Shown here piece by piece: positions 61,683 through 64,000 of a DNA stretch of 64,000 nt. Position 1 is the stretch's first letter. The number at the start of each line of letters is the position of its first letter. Origin of the DNA: an uncultured delta proteobacterium (GTDB taxonomy: Bacteria > Desulfobacterota > Binatia > UBA9968); NCBI GenBank assembly GCA_963745035.1, contig CAVUVW010000005.1, forward strand, positions 64,001 to 128,000, written 5' to 3'. Made by a program: the position numbers and the translations under genes. The notes beneath the pieces are model-generated. The model made no database searches and had not been told where the DNA came from. It saw only the letters and a list, made by a program, of their open reading frames with translations.

Positions 61683-62417
61683 CTACTGCGGCATCTCCGC
61701 CAGAAGCCGCCCGTAGCCTGGAATTTTATGGCGTAAGCCCAGACACAATTGCGTCCCCCAGGTGCGAGCCGGGCCGGCATGGACGACGGTAAGGCCGGTG
61801 TCTTTCTCTAGGCGGTCGATGATTTCAACGGTTTTCCACGCTGAGCCAAGCATGTAGATGCCGTCAGCCTCTTTGTGCTTCGCGGCGATCCGCTTCATGA
61901 ACTCGAGGATCTGCTCGGGCGGGACGCTCGGCACCGCGGCGAACGGTGAATCGATGCCTTCCATGGCCAAGACCTGGAATCCCGCGTCGGTAAAATAATG
62001 CGCGAACACGTTGTTCATTTTTTCCGGGAAGTAGCTCGCGCCGACAAATTTCTTCATTCCGAGGGTGCGCAGAGCGCGTACATGATTTTGTCCCGAGGTG
62101 AACATCGGCACGTTGTACTTCTTTTCCCAGCTGCTGATGAGCTCCTGTTCCTTTTGATAACCGAGCAGCATGAACGGCGGCGCGCCGCTCGGCCGCACCA
62201 AATTCGCGCCCATCTTGGCGAGCTCGGCTGCTTTCGCTTCGTAGCCGGGCATCGACGTGCTGAACTCTTCCTCGGTGCCGCGAGTGAAATTCATCGTCAA
62301 CGACTCGAATCTGATTTTTTCCGGGATGAGAGTGTCGAGATCGAGCTCCTGGCCGGCTTCCGGCCGGTTGGTCGGACGGACTGTTCCGACGAGGTATTCC
62401 TTTTTACTTTCAGCCAT
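61683..62417 (-). CDS. Maleate isomerase / arylmalonate decarboxylase (Asp/Glu racemase) superfamily protein
   Basis: ALRTLGMKK..ASYF, YFTDAGFQV, ADGIY, IDRLEKD.G..V, IPGYGRLL. Confidence 0.82.
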   Translation of the reverse strand: MAESKKEYLVGTVRPTNRPEAGQELDLDTLIPEKIRFESLTMNFTRGTEEEFSTSMPGYEAKAAELAKMGANLVRPSGAPPFMLLGYQKEQELISSWEKKYNVPMFTSGQNHVRALRTLGMKKFVGASYFPEKMNNVFAHYFTDAGFQVLAMEGIDSPFAAVPSVPPEQILEFMKRIAAKHKEADGIYMLGSAWKTVEIIDRLEKDTGLTVVHAGPARTWGTQLCLGLRHKIPGYGRLLAEMPQ

Positions 62418-62618
62418 GATCGTTCCTCCTGATAAAAATCCGCGGATAGTGAGAGCACGATCTAATCACTTGTGAAGAGCGGGCGTCAAGCGCTTTGTCA
62501 CGCTGTCCTGTAACTGGACAATTCGCCGGCAGATCATTAGTATCGGAAAGCTTTCGCTATTAATAAAAGAGCAATGCTGGATGTCACGATGGGCAGCATG
62601 TAAGAGGAGTGCGCCGAC

Positions 62619-63605
62619 TTGATGCGGTTGAGATTGAAATTTATCGCGCTGTCGTTGTTCGCTTCGGTGGTTTTATCACCGGTGTCGCGAGCAGAGGTTG
62701 TCAAAGTCGCCATCCCGAGCACGACACAGGCGGTGCTGGCGTTCACGATTGCAAGAGACAAAGGATATTATCGGGCAGAAGGACTGGACGTTGAGCTGAT
62801 CCTCATGAGCGCGCCCAACGCCAGCCGCGCTCTCTTGAGCGGCGATGTGGCGGTGGCGACGGTGGGGGGCGCGGGATTGCCGCCGGTGCTGCGCGGTTCG
62901 CCGTTCAAGTTTCTATTCACGACCTACAATCGGGCCATGTTTTGGCTTTACGCAAAGCCGGAGATTCGTGATGTTAAGAGTCTGAAGGGGAGACGTGTCG
63001 GTGTGTCCGGTATCGGCAGCGGCCCGGACTCTCTGCTGCGTGAGATTCTGCGGCAGAACGGGCTTGATCCCAACCGCGATGTGGCCGTCCTAAGTCTCGG
63101 CGTGATGCCGACGATCTTCGCGGGGCTGCAGAGCGGTATCGTCGATGCGGCCATGCTTTCGCCGCCGGTTACATTCAAAGCGGACGAGGGTGGATTCCGT
63201 GAATTGATTGCGTTTCCCAAACAGGACCTGGTGGAGCTTCAAGGCAGTATCTTGGTCAGAGACGCTTCGCTGCAAACGGACTCGGCGCAGCTGGAAAGGT
63301 TTATCCGCGGCACGTACAAGGGCTTTCTTCATATAAAAGAGAATAGGACAGGGACGATCCCGATTGTTGCGCGTTACCTGCAAGTCAACGACGCGGTGGC
63401 AGCCAAGGCATACGACAACGTAGTGAGGCCATCGTTGACTCAGGATGGAACGCTTAACCAGGAAACTCAGGCTAAAGCGGTTGAACACGTCGTCAAGCGG
63501 CTCGAAATTAAGGAGGCGCCGCCCCTGACGAAGATTTTTGATTTCTCGCTCGCACGCAAGGTCGTCGCGGAAATCCAGTCGAAGGGATGGAAGCCGGCGC
63601 CGTAG
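62619..63605 (+). CDS. NitT/TauT-family solute-binding protein (orphan)
   Basis: KGYYRAEGLDVELI, LKGRRVG, GFREL. Confidence 0.88.
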   Translation: MMRLRLKFIALSLFASVVLSPVSRAEVVKVAIPSTTQAVLAFTIARDKGYYRAEGLDVELILMSAPNASRALLSGDVAVATVGGAGLPPVLRGSPFKFLFTTYNRAMFWLYAKPEIRDVKSLKGRRVGVSGIGSGPDSLLREILRQNGLDPNRDVAVLSLGVMPTIFAGLQSGIVDAAMLSPPVTFKADEGGFRELIAFPKQDLVELQGSILVRDASLQTDSAQLERFIRGTYKGFLHIKENRTGTIPIVARYLQVNDAVAAKAYDNVVRPSLTQDGTLNQETQAKAVEHVVKRLEIKEAPPLTKIFDFSLARKVVAEIQSKGWKPAP

Positions 63606-63629
63606 CTTTGTGGACTTGAATCAACCTGG

Positions 63630-63724
63630 ATTTTCACCACGAAGGACGCGAAGAACACGAAGAACACGAAGGTCGTAACTATATGCGTTTTCTAAAATTT
63701 GTGCTCTTCATGATCTTCCTGGTG
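63630..63724. repeat. 9-nt CACGAAGAA repeats with an inverted counterpart (MITE-like empty element)
   Basis: CACCACGAAGGACGCGAAGAACACGAAGAACACGAA ... TTTGTGCTCTTCATGATCTTCCTGGTG. Confidence 0.55.
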
Positions 63725-63782
63725 CGACCAATCTCTCTTATGGAATCAGCAGCACACGACGCAAATCAATGACAAGAAAACC

Positions 63783-64000
63783 ATGGCTTTAAAACTCACT
63801 ATGACCTGCGGCCTCTACGATCGCAGCCAGCCGCTCATCGATGGGCGGGTGCGGCCGCGCGACATCGATCTGAAGATTCATGTAAACTCGAATGACCGGA
63901 GCCGGCAGCGCGATGGGCGGGAGGGTAAATTCGATATCGTGGAGTTTTTTACCGGCATTTACATGGCCGATTTGGAGCAGCGGACTCTCGGACTTACCGC
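63783..64000 (+). CDS. 4,5-dihydroxyphthalate decarboxylase-like PBP2-fold protein (3' truncated by window)
   Basis: MALKLTMTCGLYDRSQPLIDGRVRPRDIDL...FDIVE matches the L..A.G.YDR...L.DG.V motif. Confidence 0.7.
   Translation, partial: MALKLTMTCGLYDRSQPLIDGRVRPRDIDLKIHVNSNDRSRQRDGREGKFDIVEFFTGIYMADLEQRTLGLT

Overview
GC-rich bacterial chromosomal window. The gene content suggests a Candidatus Binatia/Deltaproteobacteria-like metagenome assembly (inference). It contains, in order: the 3' end of pilT plus pilU; two tandem paralogous hypothetical proteins; an E. coli-type frdABCD operon; a 2Fe-2S ferredoxin; family-5 UDG; a YdiJ-like FAD/Fe-S oxidoreductase; a DUF2235 protein; a NitT/TauT ABC importer; a CADD/PqqC-like diiron oxidase; two TetR-led efflux systems (RND, and a YbhG/F/S/R-like ABC with an outer-membrane factor); a zone of gene remnants with hsp20; a sigma54-preceded Cache/GAF histidine kinase; an AT-richer island (about 40.9-46.1 kb); tandem signal-peptide methyltransferases; and a large catabolic-looking cluster of amidohydrolase_2, VOC and orphan solute-binding proteins. 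More than a dozen single-base frameshifts look like assembly errors. No rRNA, tRNA, CRISPR array or intact transposase was seen. The best candidate for an undescribed system is the island. It encodes a TMK-like P-loop kinase, a PAPS-type sulfotransferase, an arylsulfotransferase-like beta-propeller and a degenerate histidine phosphatase. The kinase and phosphatase share a 40-aa N-terminal module conserved at protein level, and Pho-box-like repeats lie upstream of the kinase.
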